A stretch of 64,000 nt of DNA from contig JAWKWS010000008.1 of assembly GCA_041397405.1 (NCBI GenBank), forward strand, positions 59,975 through 123,974. The letters run 5' to 3'. This stretch comes from Xanthobacteraceae bacterium. GTDB lineage: Bacteria; Pseudomonadota; Alphaproteobacteria; Rhizobiales; Xanthobacteraceae. Every line of letters begins with the position of its first letter. Positions within the stretch are counted from its first letter, which is position 1. This document shows, piece after piece, positions 38,190-47,520 of this stretch. Made by a program: the position numbers and the translations under genes. The notes beneath the pieces were generated by a model. It searched no databases. It worked only from the letters and a program-made list of their open reading frames with translations, and was not told the DNA's origin.

Positions 38190-39377
38190 TCAGGCAGCCC
38201 GGAGCAACGCCCGTTCCTTCAACCGGTCGTGAGCGATCTGGATGGGATCGCGAACATCGACGAGACGGGACGCCGCGAGGCGGAACAGTCCCCGCACCTC
38301 GTCGAAACCGCCCTCATAGGAATGGATCGGAGCAAACGGCGACATGACCTGATGCTCGCCGTATCGCTGAATGTATTCAGCGAGATTGTCCCAGGCGACC
38401 TTGCCGCCGGAATAGATGAAGGATTCGACCGCCAGGCCTTCGGCGAAAATCACTTCATGCGTATCCAGCTCGACGTGGAAATATTCGATCGTCTCCTGCT
38501 CGAGCGCCGCCTCGTCGAAACGGATGGAAGTTCCGTTGACGAGGTGCCTGGCCGGAATGAGCACGCCATCGATGAACAGCGAATGATCCTGCGAGACGAG
38601 AACATCGCGGTGCGGCGTGCAATCGTCGATCGCGCGCCGCGATATGCGAACGGGCAGCATGCGGGGATGCCAGGCGACAGACGGATTTCGCCGAAGTGTC
38701 TGGTGGCCGATCCACTTGACCGGCTTCGGACCGTTCGCCGTGACGATTTCATCGCCGATGGCAAGGCGCTCGATGGCGACCTCTCCGCTCGTGGTGAGAA
38801 TTTGCGTTCCGCGCGCAAAGCAGCGCACGCCCCCGGACCCCGTACCGTATCCCGACGCCGATCCATAGGAGCCGGAGCCCGACCCATATCCGGCGCCTGA
38901 TCCCGCGCCAGCAGATCCCGTTCCATACCCGGAGCCCGAGCCCGATCCGGCAGAGCCCGAAGCAGTCCCGGCGCCCGATCCATACTGGCCAGAACCCGAA
39001 CCATTCGACGATCCCGACCCGGAGACGCCAGCTCCTGAGCCGCCCGCCGAACCCGATCCCTGGCCGGCAGATCCAGAACCGCTGCCGGAGCCCGACCGAT
39101 GCCGGGAGCCGCTCACCTGCCCTCTGCCATAACCCGATCCAGAGCCCTGACCGGATCCGGTACCACGTCCGAATCCCACGTCGCCGTACTCATGACGCCG
39201 GTGCGAATGATTGTCCCAGAGATGATGCTGCTCATGGATCCCGGCGGCCGCATCCCGGGTGCCGAGGAGCGACAGGGCGGATGATCCCACTGAAATCATC
39301 GAAAGTTTTCTGGCGGCCGCAGCAGCAATACCGATGAAGTGCCGGCGGGAAGGGCTCGAAGGTGGGACTGCACTCAT
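38190..39377 (-). CDS. Hint (Hedgehog/intein, Hint_2-type) domain protein with Tat-like signal and Gly/Ser-rich linker
   Basis: 395 aa. It has an SRRHFIG twin-arginine motif and a ~115-aa G/S/Y/A low-complexity tract. Then CFARGTQILT..GDEIVT..VRISRRAI..RDVLVSQDHSLF..EYFHVELDTHEVIFAEGLAVES matches bacterial Hint domains. Confidence 0.8.
   Translation of the reverse strand: MSAVPPSSPSRRHFIGIAAAAARKLSMISVGSSALSLLGTRDAAAGIHEQHHLWDNHSHRRHEYGDVGFGRGTGSGQGSGSGYGRGQVSGSRHRSGSGSGSGSAGQGSGSAGGSGAGVSGSGSSNGSGSGQYGSGAGTASGSAGSGSGSGYGTGSAGAGSGAGYGSGSGSYGSASGYGTGSGGVRCFARGTQILTTSGEVAIERLAIGDEIVTANGPKPVKWIGHQTLRRNPSVAWHPRMLPVRISRRAIDDCTPHRDVLVSQDHSLFIDGVLIPARHLVNGTSIRFDEAALEQETIEYFHVELDTHEVIFAEGLAVESFIYSGGKVAWDNLAEYIQRYGEHQVMSPFAPIHSYEGGFDEVRGLFRLAASRLVDVRDPIQIAHDRLKERALLRAA
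38829..39176 (-). repeat. in-frame low-complexity repeats encoding the Gly/Ser/Tyr-rich tract
   Basis: Residues 68-183 (GSGSGY/GSGAG units). The DNA is made of degenerate GGx-TCx/AGC repeats. Confidence 0.8.
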
Positions 39378-39614
39378 GAGCTGATCTCCATTTACGCAAA
39401 CGTAACCAATCGACGGAATCGAGAAAACGCATAATGGGCGATATGGTTAATTACGTTTGTCCCGTTTTGAGACAGCGTCAGAAATGCTTTCAGCACGGCT
39501 TTCCGAGCCGCCGCATGCGGGAGATCGCAGCTGCCGCAATCACTGCGGGCCCACCGCTTAACGCTTTCGATTAACGCCATCGAATCAAAGACGTCCCTGC
39601 TTGCGGACGATGAA

Positions 39615-40841
39615 TTGTATCCACGATCGAAACATGATCTCGTCGCCGCGCATCGACGATACATCGTCAGAAATTTTGAGCTGAGGCGCGAACTCGTGCA
39701 CGGCAAGGTTCTGCTACTTTCACAGCGCCGGATTTCCGATCTGGTCGCATTTTGCCTCGCATATGAATTCGAGGACACGTTCCACGCTGTCACGGGCGCC
39801 GAGCGGGTCGACGCAACCGACTTCGCATCGATCGAGTTCTCTCGCCGGGTCTACAAGCTTGTGCGCCTGGCATCCGGATCACCCGGCCTGGCAGCTCGAC
39901 TTGCACCCGTCCCGCGGGACAACGCGCCCCTGGCCGGCGACTTCGAACTGTTCTTCCCGATCTTCAACAATGCGTTCGAGCTGTATTCGCTCGCGACGAT
40001 TCCGGACTGGCGGAAGCGATGCCGCAAGGCAGCTTGCTTCATCAGCGAGATCTGGACCGATCTGTTGCCGGAATACCTGCTCGAACTGCTGTCGGAATTC
40101 GATCACGTTTTCACCGGGCTTCAGCACTGCGCCGATGACGTGGCGCGCATCACCGGGCGTCCATGCAGTTACCTGCCGCTCGCCACCGATGTGCTGCGTT
40201 TCGCGCCCGCCGGAACGGATCAGCCGCGGCCGATCGAAGTCTGCAACATCGGCCGCCGCTCGCAGGTGACGCACCGCGCGCTGCTGGCGGACGCGGCAAG
40301 ACGAAACAATTTCTATTACTATGACACGGTGGCGGCGAGCGGCGCGGACCTGAAGCAGCGGACGTTCCGCGTCGACAACCCGCAAGAGCATCGCCTGATG
40401 CTGGCGACGATCCTCAAGCACAGCCGCTACTTCATCGCCAATCGCAGCCACGTCAACAACCCCGAATTCACGGCGGGACGCGACGAGATCTCCGCGCGCT
40501 TCTACGAGGGCATCGCGGCCGGCACGATCATGATCGGCGAAGCGCCGCGCACGGCCGAATTCAAGCGGCAGTTCGACTGGCCGGACGTCGTCACCCACCT
40601 GCCGTTCGACTCCCCCAATGTCGCCGACATTCTGGCCGACCTCAACAGCGATCCCGACCGACTGGCGACGGTCCGCAGCAGGAATCTCAGGGAAGCCGCA
40701 CGCCGGCACGACTGGCTCTACCGCATCGAGACCGTGTTCGACACGCTCGGTCTGAAGCCGACCGAGGCGATGCAGGCGCGCACCGAGCGGCTCGCGCAAA
40801 TCGCCCGCCAGGCCGACGCGGGGCTCAGGACCCACGCCTGA
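39615..40841 (+). CDS. CgeB-like / GT1-type glycosyltransferase family protein
   Basis: 408-aa ORF; the TTG start is uncertain. The C-terminal part (RSHVNNPEFTAGRDEISARFYEGIAAGTIMIGE) resembles the Glyco_trans_1_2/CgeB family. Confidence 0.5.
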   Translation: MYPRSKHDLVAAHRRYIVRNFELRRELVHGKVLLLSQRRISDLVAFCLAYEFEDTFHAVTGAERVDATDFASIEFSRRVYKLVRLASGSPGLAARLAPVPRDNAPLAGDFELFFPIFNNAFELYSLATIPDWRKRCRKAACFISEIWTDLLPEYLLELLSEFDHVFTGLQHCADDVARITGRPCSYLPLATDVLRFAPAGTDQPRPIEVCNIGRRSQVTHRALLADAARRNNFYYYDTVAASGADLKQRTFRVDNPQEHRLMLATILKHSRYFIANRSHVNNPEFTAGRDEISARFYEGIAAGTIMIGEAPRTAEFKRQFDWPDVVTHLPFDSPNVADILADLNSDPDRLATVRSRNLREAARRHDWLYRIETVFDTLGLKPTEAMQARTERLAQIARQADAGLRTHA

Positions 40842-41271
40842 AAAGCCGGTGCGGACGCGAACCCTCCGGGCCGGTCACGGCCGAGTGTCGAAAAGGTTAA
40901 TGAAAAGCCGAAACATATGGTTAATGATTTCATGAAATCGTGGAGATGCGGACAACCGGCCCATTTGGGCTGACAGCCTCGAAATCGGCTTGGTGCTTCG
41001 GATGTCCGACAACGAGTTTCTGGCGCGGGTTTTCTGTGGCGCGGCTCGAAGTGACGGTGGCAGCGGGCTGAGGTGTGTTGTGCAGCGAAGTATGTGGGGT
41101 ACTGGTCATCGCAAGTCCGGCGCCGGAGTGATCCAGGGCCGCCAGGAACTGTCGCGTCCTGCTCCGCCGCGACATCGCCCGGTACAGCAACGCCGTGGAC
41201 CGTTTGCCGTCAGCGACGAGCGTCGCCTCGAAAGCCCGACGTTTCCCTATCCGGACCATCAATCGGACCGC

Positions 41272-42546
41272 ATGGTCATTCCGACCATGACGGATCATTT
41301 CCATCACAGCGCAGCATTCGACGTTGACGCCCACCCGACACAGTTCGACCTCGAAGCCGAACGGGAACGGCAAACCGAGATCGCCCGCATCCGAAAGGAG
41401 ATCCTCGACATCGCACGCGAGGTCGCCGACCTGCGGCGTCGCGAAGATGACAATGTCGTCCGAAGTGGGGGTCCAGGCTATAGCAACCGTCTCGACCGCC
41501 AGATTCCACGCGAACGCGAACCGCACAAGCGGCCGCTTCAGCAGACCGCTGTCCGGATATCGGAACAGCGCAACCGGTCGCAGGAGCAATCGCCATTGCC
41601 GAACGGCAGGCGCCACCAACTCGTCGAGCGGGCGCATCGAAATGCCCGAGCCGGCAGCACCGACCCGGTCACTGCCGCCGCGCCCGTGCGCGAACGCCCG
41701 CCTTTGACGATCCGCGATGAAGTGGTGCGATTTGCGCCGGTAAAGACGAAGCCTTTCGGCAAGAGAATCCGCAAGAAGCGCTCGAGCATCGCCGCCAAGG
41801 CCGCACTGATGACTGCGGTGATGCTCGCCGGCACCGGCGTGATCACGCTGGCGCTCTGGGGCAAACTGTCGTGGCCGGCATTCGGGTACGACAGGTCGGC
41901 GTTCGCCGAAACGACGGCGTCAGTACCGGCAGCAAAAGCCGCACGCTCTTCACAATTGCTGCTGGCGTCGATCGACGACCACGCGACGTCAACCCACCTG
42001 TTCGAGACTCCCGACACCTACGGCGTCTACGCCGTCACCGACGGACATCTGATACCGCTAGCACCTCTGCCGATCCGCGTGCCGGATGCACGGGTCGCCA
42101 TCTCGACCCCGATATCGACGCCGGAACCCGCGCCTCTCCCGAGCGGCAATCTGCAATTTGCGGTCTATCACCGCGAACTGGCGACCAGCGTTCCCGACAG
42201 CGCGTCGGTTCGCGTCGTCGCCAAGGTCATGCGCGCCACGAGTTTCGCCGACGGCAAGCCCAAACAGGTTCAGGTCGAGGACACCTGGGCGGTGCGCGGA
42301 GGCTCGATAGAGCTGCGCATTGCACCGGTGGCTACGAACAGGGAGATGATCCTGATCCGCTCGGCCGATCCGGCCTTCACGCTGTCGCCTGGACGTTACG
42401 TCCTGATGTTCAGGAATCAGGCCTACGATTTCAGCGTGGCGGGAACGGTCAGCGATACCGCACATTGCCTGGAACGCTCCGAGCTGCAGGACGGGACGGT
42501 CTATTCCGAGTGTCACGAACTTCCCGCCGCGCAGGCCAGGCTCTAG
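41272..42546 (+). CDS. membrane-anchored hypothetical protein
   Basis: Internal ATG (41272 or 41287) of ORF 40990..42546. It has a charged coiled-coil-like N-terminus, one TM helix (AALMTAVMLAGTGVITLALWG) and a ~270-aa extracytoplasmic domain. GC3 favours the + frame over the overlapping - ORF. Confidence 0.55.
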   Translation: MVIPTMTDHFHHSAAFDVDAHPTQFDLEAERERQTEIARIRKEILDIAREVADLRRREDDNVVRSGGPGYSNRLDRQIPREREPHKRPLQQTAVRISEQRNRSQEQSPLPNGRRHQLVERAHRNARAGSTDPVTAAAPVRERPPLTIRDEVVRFAPVKTKPFGKRIRKKRSSIAAKAALMTAVMLAGTGVITLALWGKLSWPAFGYDRSAFAETTASVPAAKAARSSQLLLASIDDHATSTHLFETPDTYGVYAVTDGHLIPLAPLPIRVPDARVAISTPISTPEPAPLPSGNLQFAVYHRELATSVPDSASVRVVAKVMRATSFADGKPKQVQVEDTWAVRGGSIELRIAPVATNREMILIRSADPAFTLSPGRYVLMFRNQAYDFSVAGTVSDTAHCLERSELQDGTVYSECHELPAAQARL

Positions 42547-42576
42547 CCCCGAGGTGAGCTTGCCGAGAGGCGACGC

Positions 42577-43017
42577 TCAGGCCCCCGCAGGAACCTGCAC
42601 GGCACCGCTTCTCCGCCAGAACATCATGCCCGCGCTGCCGCCGACGAGACAGACAAGCGTCACAGCCAGTTCACCGGTCCGAAGGCCGCCGCCGATCGCG
42701 GCAAAGGTCAGGAGACCGATTCCCATCCAGAACAGCTTCTGCCACTGATAGCTGTCATGCCGCTTCGCGATCTGGCGGCGCTGGAGCCAGATTCCCTTGG
42801 CTTCGGCCGAGAACGGCAGCAGCATGCGCAACACCGCCGGGATCACGCGCAGCGCGATCAACAGGCCGAGGAACAGGGCAAGCGAAGTCCAGATATGGTC
42901 CTGTCCGCCGGTCAACGCGCGAAGAACCAGCGGAATGCAGAAGCCCAGCGCCACGCGGGAAACTGCGCTCGACGGTCCGTCGTCGAGCTTCACAAGAAAA
43001 TGTTCAATGTGCTTCAT
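42577..43017 (-). CDS. small polytopic membrane protein (146 aa)
   Basis: ATG 43017, 13 nt downstream of the flippase stop, with ~4 hydrophobic helices. No family recognised. Confidence 0.5.
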   Translation of the reverse strand: MKHIEHFLVKLDDGPSSAVSRVALGFCIPLVLRALTGGQDHIWTSLALFLGLLIALRVIPAVLRMLLPFSAEAKGIWLQRRQIAKRHDSYQWQKLFWMGIGLLTFAAIGGGLRTGELAVTLVCLVGGSAGMMFWRRSGAVQVPAGA

Positions 43018-43030
43018 CGGGGTGCCTGCA

Positions 43031-44557
43031 TCAGGGTCGCGAACTCGCGGGCATCCATACGGCACGCAAATCACGCAGCGTTGAGAACATGAGGTTGAGC
43101 GGAGCGGTCACCCTGAAGATGCCGACACAAACCGCGAGATAAGTCAGCAAACACATCGATCCGGAGACGAGCATGCGCACCCAGGCAGAGGAGCCGCCGA
43201 GAAACTGCAGTTCCACCACGAAGCCGACCGCAACTGCGAGCAGACCGGCAATCGTTTGCGGGCCGACCACCTGAAGAACGTCCCGGTTTCGAATGCCGAT
43301 CGGATGCCCCGAATAGGCCAGCGCCGGCACGAAAAGACAGAACATCGCGATCGTATAGGAGACGGCAACGCCAGTGACCCCGAACGGCAGACCAAGCGCA
43401 AGCGCCGCGAGCTGCACAATCGCGCTATAGAAGCCCCAACGCATCCAGCGATCGGCACGTCCGAGTGCAACATGGATCCAGCCCATCGTACGCTCGAGCG
43501 AGTGCGCTATACCCCTCACCGCAAAGATGCACAGCAGCGGCCCCGCGGGCGCCCACTTCTGTCCGAGCAGCAGCACCACAAAATCCTGCGCGATGACCGC
43601 CAGGACCGCAAAGGCGCCGGCAGCGACGAAACTCAGGGTCGAGATGGCGGTTTCCCAGGCGCGCCTCAAACCGTCCACGTCGTCCCGCAGCTTGCTCAGT
43701 CCCGATACCGCGATGTTGTGGAGGGGCTCGGTGAGAATGCCGAGCGCGTTGCTGTAGATCAGGAACGCGTTCTGGAAGTAGCCGAGCGGTCCGGCGCCCA
43801 GAAAATAGCCGATCGCCAGTCGGTCGCCCGACTTCACGAGATAGTCGGTCATGGTAAAGCCGGTGACGCCCAGCCCGAAGCCGACCAGTTCCTTCGCCTC
43901 CGCCGACAACCGCGGTCGCCCCGGCAGCCAGCGGCAACAAGTCCAGAGCGCAACCGCGCTCAGGCTCGAGGTCACGATCGGCTTTGCCACCAGCGACCAG
44001 TACCCGCACCCCGAAAGCGCGAGCGCAATACTGACGATGCTGCCGACGAGATTTGCGGAGATATCGATCATCGCCATCCGATGGAACTGCATGGCCCTGC
44101 GCATCAGCGCCGAATGCTGAATCGAGGCCGCTGTCAGGACGAACGTGACCGACAGCGCCATTGCAATTCCAGCCAGTGACGGCTCGCCAAAGAACTGCGC
44201 AATCAGGCCGCTGGCGCCGGCAAACACTATTGCCAGGAAGATGCCGATCGCGACATTGAGCCAGAACAAGGTGCTGATCTCGGTCGCAGTAATCTGCGTT
44301 TTCTGCGCGGTCGCATCGGCAGTGCCGAGGTCGATCAACATCGGCGCAATCGCAAACAGCGCCAAAACGATCGCGACAAGACCGAAGTCATGCGGACTGA
44401 GAATGCGTGCAAGCACGATGGTCGACGCAAGTTGCACGAAGATGTTGGCGCCGCGGGCCGCAATGAAGATCATGCCGCTGTGCAGCGACGCCTTGCCAAG
44501 ACCGGCATAGGCCTTGTTCTCCGCAAAATATTGCTCGGCGCCGTGCTTTCCGGACAA
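43031..44557 (-). CDS. wzx: Wzx-type polysaccharide/oligosaccharide flippase (MOP superfamily)
   Basis: 508 aa, ~12-14 TM helices. The N-terminus (GANIFVQLASTIVLARILSPHDFGLVAIV) is typical of polysaccharide biosynthesis protein / flippase families. TTG start. Confidence 0.8.
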   Translation of the reverse strand: MSGKHGAEQYFAENKAYAGLGKASLHSGMIFIAARGANIFVQLASTIVLARILSPHDFGLVAIVLALFAIAPMLIDLGTADATAQKTQITATEISTLFWLNVAIGIFLAIVFAGASGLIAQFFGEPSLAGIAMALSVTFVLTAASIQHSALMRRAMQFHRMAMIDISANLVGSIVSIALALSGCGYWSLVAKPIVTSSLSAVALWTCCRWLPGRPRLSAEAKELVGFGLGVTGFTMTDYLVKSGDRLAIGYFLGAGPLGYFQNAFLIYSNALGILTEPLHNIAVSGLSKLRDDVDGLRRAWETAISTLSFVAAGAFAVLAVIAQDFVVLLLGQKWAPAGPLLCIFAVRGIAHSLERTMGWIHVALGRADRWMRWGFYSAIVQLAALALGLPFGVTGVAVSYTIAMFCLFVPALAYSGHPIGIRNRDVLQVVGPQTIAGLLAVAVGFVVELQFLGGSSAWVRMLVSGSMCLLTYLAVCVGIFRVTAPLNLMFSTLRDLRAVWMPASSRP

Positions 44558-44569
44558 GATCGGCTTCCC

Positions 44570-45712
44570 CTATGAATGATCGCAGTCCGTTGGGGCGTGT
44601 CTCTCGGGAGCGCGCTCCAGCCAGATTTCACGCCAGTATGGCGGAATGGCTCGCGGACAGAACCTGCGACAGTAAGCATAACGCGATCCGCACACGACGT
44701 CCTTGAGAATGATGGCGTCGGACTTGAAGCGGAGCATCTTGCCGTCGCGCTCGTCGATGATCTGCTTGACCCGGCGCTCGACCTCGTACTCGCGCTCCGT
44801 AAACGGAACCATCTCCGGATCGAAATAGAGACCGCGATTCCGGTAGCTGGAATCCAGCGTCTTCAATATCTCCGGGAAGGACTTGACGCGAACGCGCTCC
44901 CCTTCCTGGACATCGATGGTGGCTCGCGGCGTCGCCTTGTCCTTCGGCACGCCGGCAGGCCGCAGCGGATACGGGCTTCCACCGATTGCGCGCTGGAAAA
45001 CATCGTAGACCCAGCGCATCGGCGTTCCGATGCCAATGCCCGCCTCCGCCACCGTCCGCCAGGCCGTGTAGAGCAGACCGATCGTCAGCCGAGCGAGGCT
45101 CACGTTACCCGACGTGTAGTCCTCCAAGTATTGGCGCAAGTCCCACGAACTCAACGGTTGGGTTGCGAACTTGATCTGGGTATTCTGGCAGACATAGCGC
45201 TGTTCGGTTTCGCCCGGCGCCGGCGGAATGCGGATACTGGAATGCAGCACTTCCTCCGTGCAACCCGAACGGCTTGAAAGTACGACCGGTGACGGACGCT
45301 GTCCGCCCTTATCCGGCTCGATCCGCTTGAGCCAGGCTTCCTTCCAGAAGATCAGGCACGCGGCCTGGCATCCGTCATGGGCACTGCCGTCGCAACGGAT
45401 GTTGGAGAGATGAACGGTATTCGACATCTTGCGGCCACCGATCCCGATGGCGGGATCGCAGGTTTTGTGGGCCCGCTTGCCGACCATCATGCGGCTGCCG
45501 CAATACTTCAGCATCTCCGGCATGAACGGCAGTTCCTCAAGTCGCCCATTGGCGTCGAGGGTTGCAAGAATCTCTTCGCGCGAGCGCACCTGCACCCACT
45601 CGCCGGCGCGAAGCCCGAGCGCGTGCTGGTCGTCCACCGCCGACTGTACTCCAACGAAATTCTCGCCGATCTCGGCGGGTAACGCTTTCTGGGAAACATC
45701 AAGCGAGGTCAT
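44570..45712 (-). CDS. hypothetical protein with internally duplicated Cys-cluster module
   Basis: 380 aa from ATG 45712 (ATGA overlap with the PIG-L gene stop). Two homologous ~100-aa modules lie at residues 34-130 and 268-367. No family recognised. Confidence 0.7.
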   Translation of the reverse strand: MTSLDVSQKALPAEIGENFVGVQSAVDDQHALGLRAGEWVQVRSREEILATLDANGRLEELPFMPEMLKYCGSRMMVGKRAHKTCDPAIGIGGRKMSNTVHLSNIRCDGSAHDGCQAACLIFWKEAWLKRIEPDKGGQRPSPVVLSSRSGCTEEVLHSSIRIPPAPGETEQRYVCQNTQIKFATQPLSSWDLRQYLEDYTSGNVSLARLTIGLLYTAWRTVAEAGIGIGTPMRWVYDVFQRAIGGSPYPLRPAGVPKDKATPRATIDVQEGERVRVKSFPEILKTLDSSYRNRGLYFDPEMVPFTEREYEVERRVKQIIDERDGKMLRFKSDAIILKDVVCGSRYAYCRRFCPRAIPPYWREIWLERAPERHAPTDCDHS

Positions 45713-46362
45713 ATCAGCGCCACCTTGCGTCCGAAGAAGGCCTCGGCGTAACGCTCGGGCGCACGGCATTCCATGCCCCGGATTCGAGCCAGGCCGCGAA
45801 ACGTCTCGTCATCAAACCACTGCTTGGAACGCTGGCTGCCGAAATGCTTCATCAAAAGTTCGATCTTGCGTTCGAGTACGGCGGACGATACCGGCACGTA
45901 GACGTTCGGCTGACCGATATCACCGTCCCATTTTGGAATTTCATACTCCAGGATCTGGTGATCGCGGAACGTGTTCCACGTTAACCCACAGACCTGGCGA
46001 TGATCCTGATGCGCGTCATCCCGCCGATGCGTCAGGATCAGGTCGGGATTTATCCGCGCCTTCAGCTCCTCGAACCACTGCTTGATCGCCTCGCCCTGCT
46101 GAGGAAAGAAACCGTCGCGAAACGACTTGATTTCGATTTCGGCGCTGGCTGCACCGGCCAGAAAATCAGCGGCCGATTTCCTTGCCTCGTCGTCTCGAAC
46201 GCTCCCGCCGCTGAGCACGCACCAGCGCACGTCGAGGTGCACGCCGCGCTCGATCAGGCCGAGCAGCATCGCGCCGGCGCCGATCTCGATGTCGTCCGAA
46301 TGCGCTCCCAGACAGAGCACCGACAACCGGTCGCCCGGCCTGGCAAGCTGCATCGCCTTCAT
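45709..46362 (-). CDS. PIG-L/LmbE family N-acetylglucosaminyl deacetylase
   Basis: 217 aa from ATG 46362, which overlaps the rfbF stop by 1 nt. Motifs AHSDDIEIGAG and HRRDDAHQDH. Confidence 0.85.
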   Translation of the reverse strand: MKAMQLARPGDRLSVLCLGAHSDDIEIGAGAMLLGLIERGVHLDVRWCVLSGGSVRDDEARKSAADFLAGAASAEIEIKSFRDGFFPQQGEAIKQWFEELKARINPDLILTHRRDDAHQDHRQVCGLTWNTFRDHQILEYEIPKWDGDIGQPNVYVPVSSAVLERKIELLMKHFGSQRSKQWFDDETFRGLARIRGMECRAPERYAEAFFGRKVALI

Positions 46363-47153
46363 CACGCAGCCTTGGGAACCAGCGAATGCACGCGCCACGG
46401 CGTCTCGCCACGCTCGACCATGTCTTCCAGTATCTGCCGGTCACGCAGCGTGTCCATGGCCCGCCAGAAGCCTTCGTACTTGTAGGCCATCAGGTGGCCG
46501 CCCTCGATCAGACGACTGAACGGCTCATGTATCAGTTCCTCACCTTCCTTGATGAAATCGAAGATCTCCTTCCGGAAGATGAAGAACCCGCCGTTGATCC
46601 AGATGTCGGATTCCTGGCTTGAGCGAATCCGCTCAACCGATCCGTCCGCGTCGAACTGGGCAAGATGAAAACTGATCGGAGGATGAATCGCGATGAAGCA
46701 GGCGATCTTGCCGCTCTCCTTGAAACGCTCGATCATCTCTGGCAGCGGCGCATCGGTCAGCCCGTCGCTGTAGTTGGCGAGAAAGATCTCCTCGTCCTCG
46801 ACGAGGTGTTTGACTGCAAGCAGCCGCTCTCCGATGTTGCGCCAGGTGCCGGTATCCACCAGGGAGACGCGCCAGTCCGGCGGACGATCGCCGAGGATCT
46901 CGACCTTCTTGCCGAACTCGGAGACCACGCAGTCGCTGTTTGCAGTCTGCCTGTAGTTCAGAAAGTAGTCCTTGATGACGTTGGCCTTGTAGCCGAGACA
47001 GAGGATGAAATCGTCATGACCGTACTGACTGTAGTACTGCATGACGTGGCAAAGGATCGGCTGATGCCCGACCGGCACCATCGGCTTCGGAATACTCTCC
47101 GAATATTCCCTGATGCGGGTTCCAAGCCCGCCGCAGAACAGAACGACCTTCAT
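46362..47153 (-). CDS. rfbF: glucose-1-phosphate cytidylyltransferase
   Basis: 263 aa from ATG 47153. MKVVLFCGGLGTRIREYSESIPKPMVPVG and the C-terminal region GFWRAMDTLRD are typical RfbF. Confidence 0.9.
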   Translation of the reverse strand: MKVVLFCGGLGTRIREYSESIPKPMVPVGHQPILCHVMQYYSQYGHDDFILCLGYKANVIKDYFLNYRQTANSDCVVSEFGKKVEILGDRPPDWRVSLVDTGTWRNIGERLLAVKHLVEDEEIFLANYSDGLTDAPLPEMIERFKESGKIACFIAIHPPISFHLAQFDADGSVERIRSSQESDIWINGGFFIFRKEIFDFIKEGEELIHEPFSRLIEGGHLMAYKYEGFWRAMDTLRDRQILEDMVERGETPWRVHSLVPKAA

Positions 47154-47520
47154 TTGCGTACCACTCGTTTGGCTAGATGTTAGCTGCGCTAAACAGCCCC
47201 GCCGCCTGTCAAACAGCCGGCTCTTTCTGGCCAGCATTAAGACAATAGATCGCATCGAAGCCAGCAAACGTCCATGGTTACGACGTACTGCGGTCAAATC
47301 AGTTCGGATATACGGTAAATATTTACGAATGCTTTTGAATAAATCCCACGGCAATGGCGCGGCTTGGCGCACGCATCGCTGCCTTAAGCATGTCGAGAGC
47401 CATTCGTTGTCACGAGGCGTGCCTGACGACTATACCAAGGCCGATCGCAGCATGCAGGCTTGCGGCCGAGTAACCAGGCGCGCGGTCGCTTTCGATAACA
47501 TTTTCGTGTGGCAGGTTGTC

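Noticed and set aside
40930-41637. 235-aa minus-strand ORF overlapping the start of the 41272..42546 gene
   Set aside because: Third-position GC and the plausible domain layout (coiled coil, TM helix, periplasmic domain) favour the plus frame. The minus ORF has no features. Confidence in either frame is only moderate in the 40990-41270 part, which I treat as non-coding.
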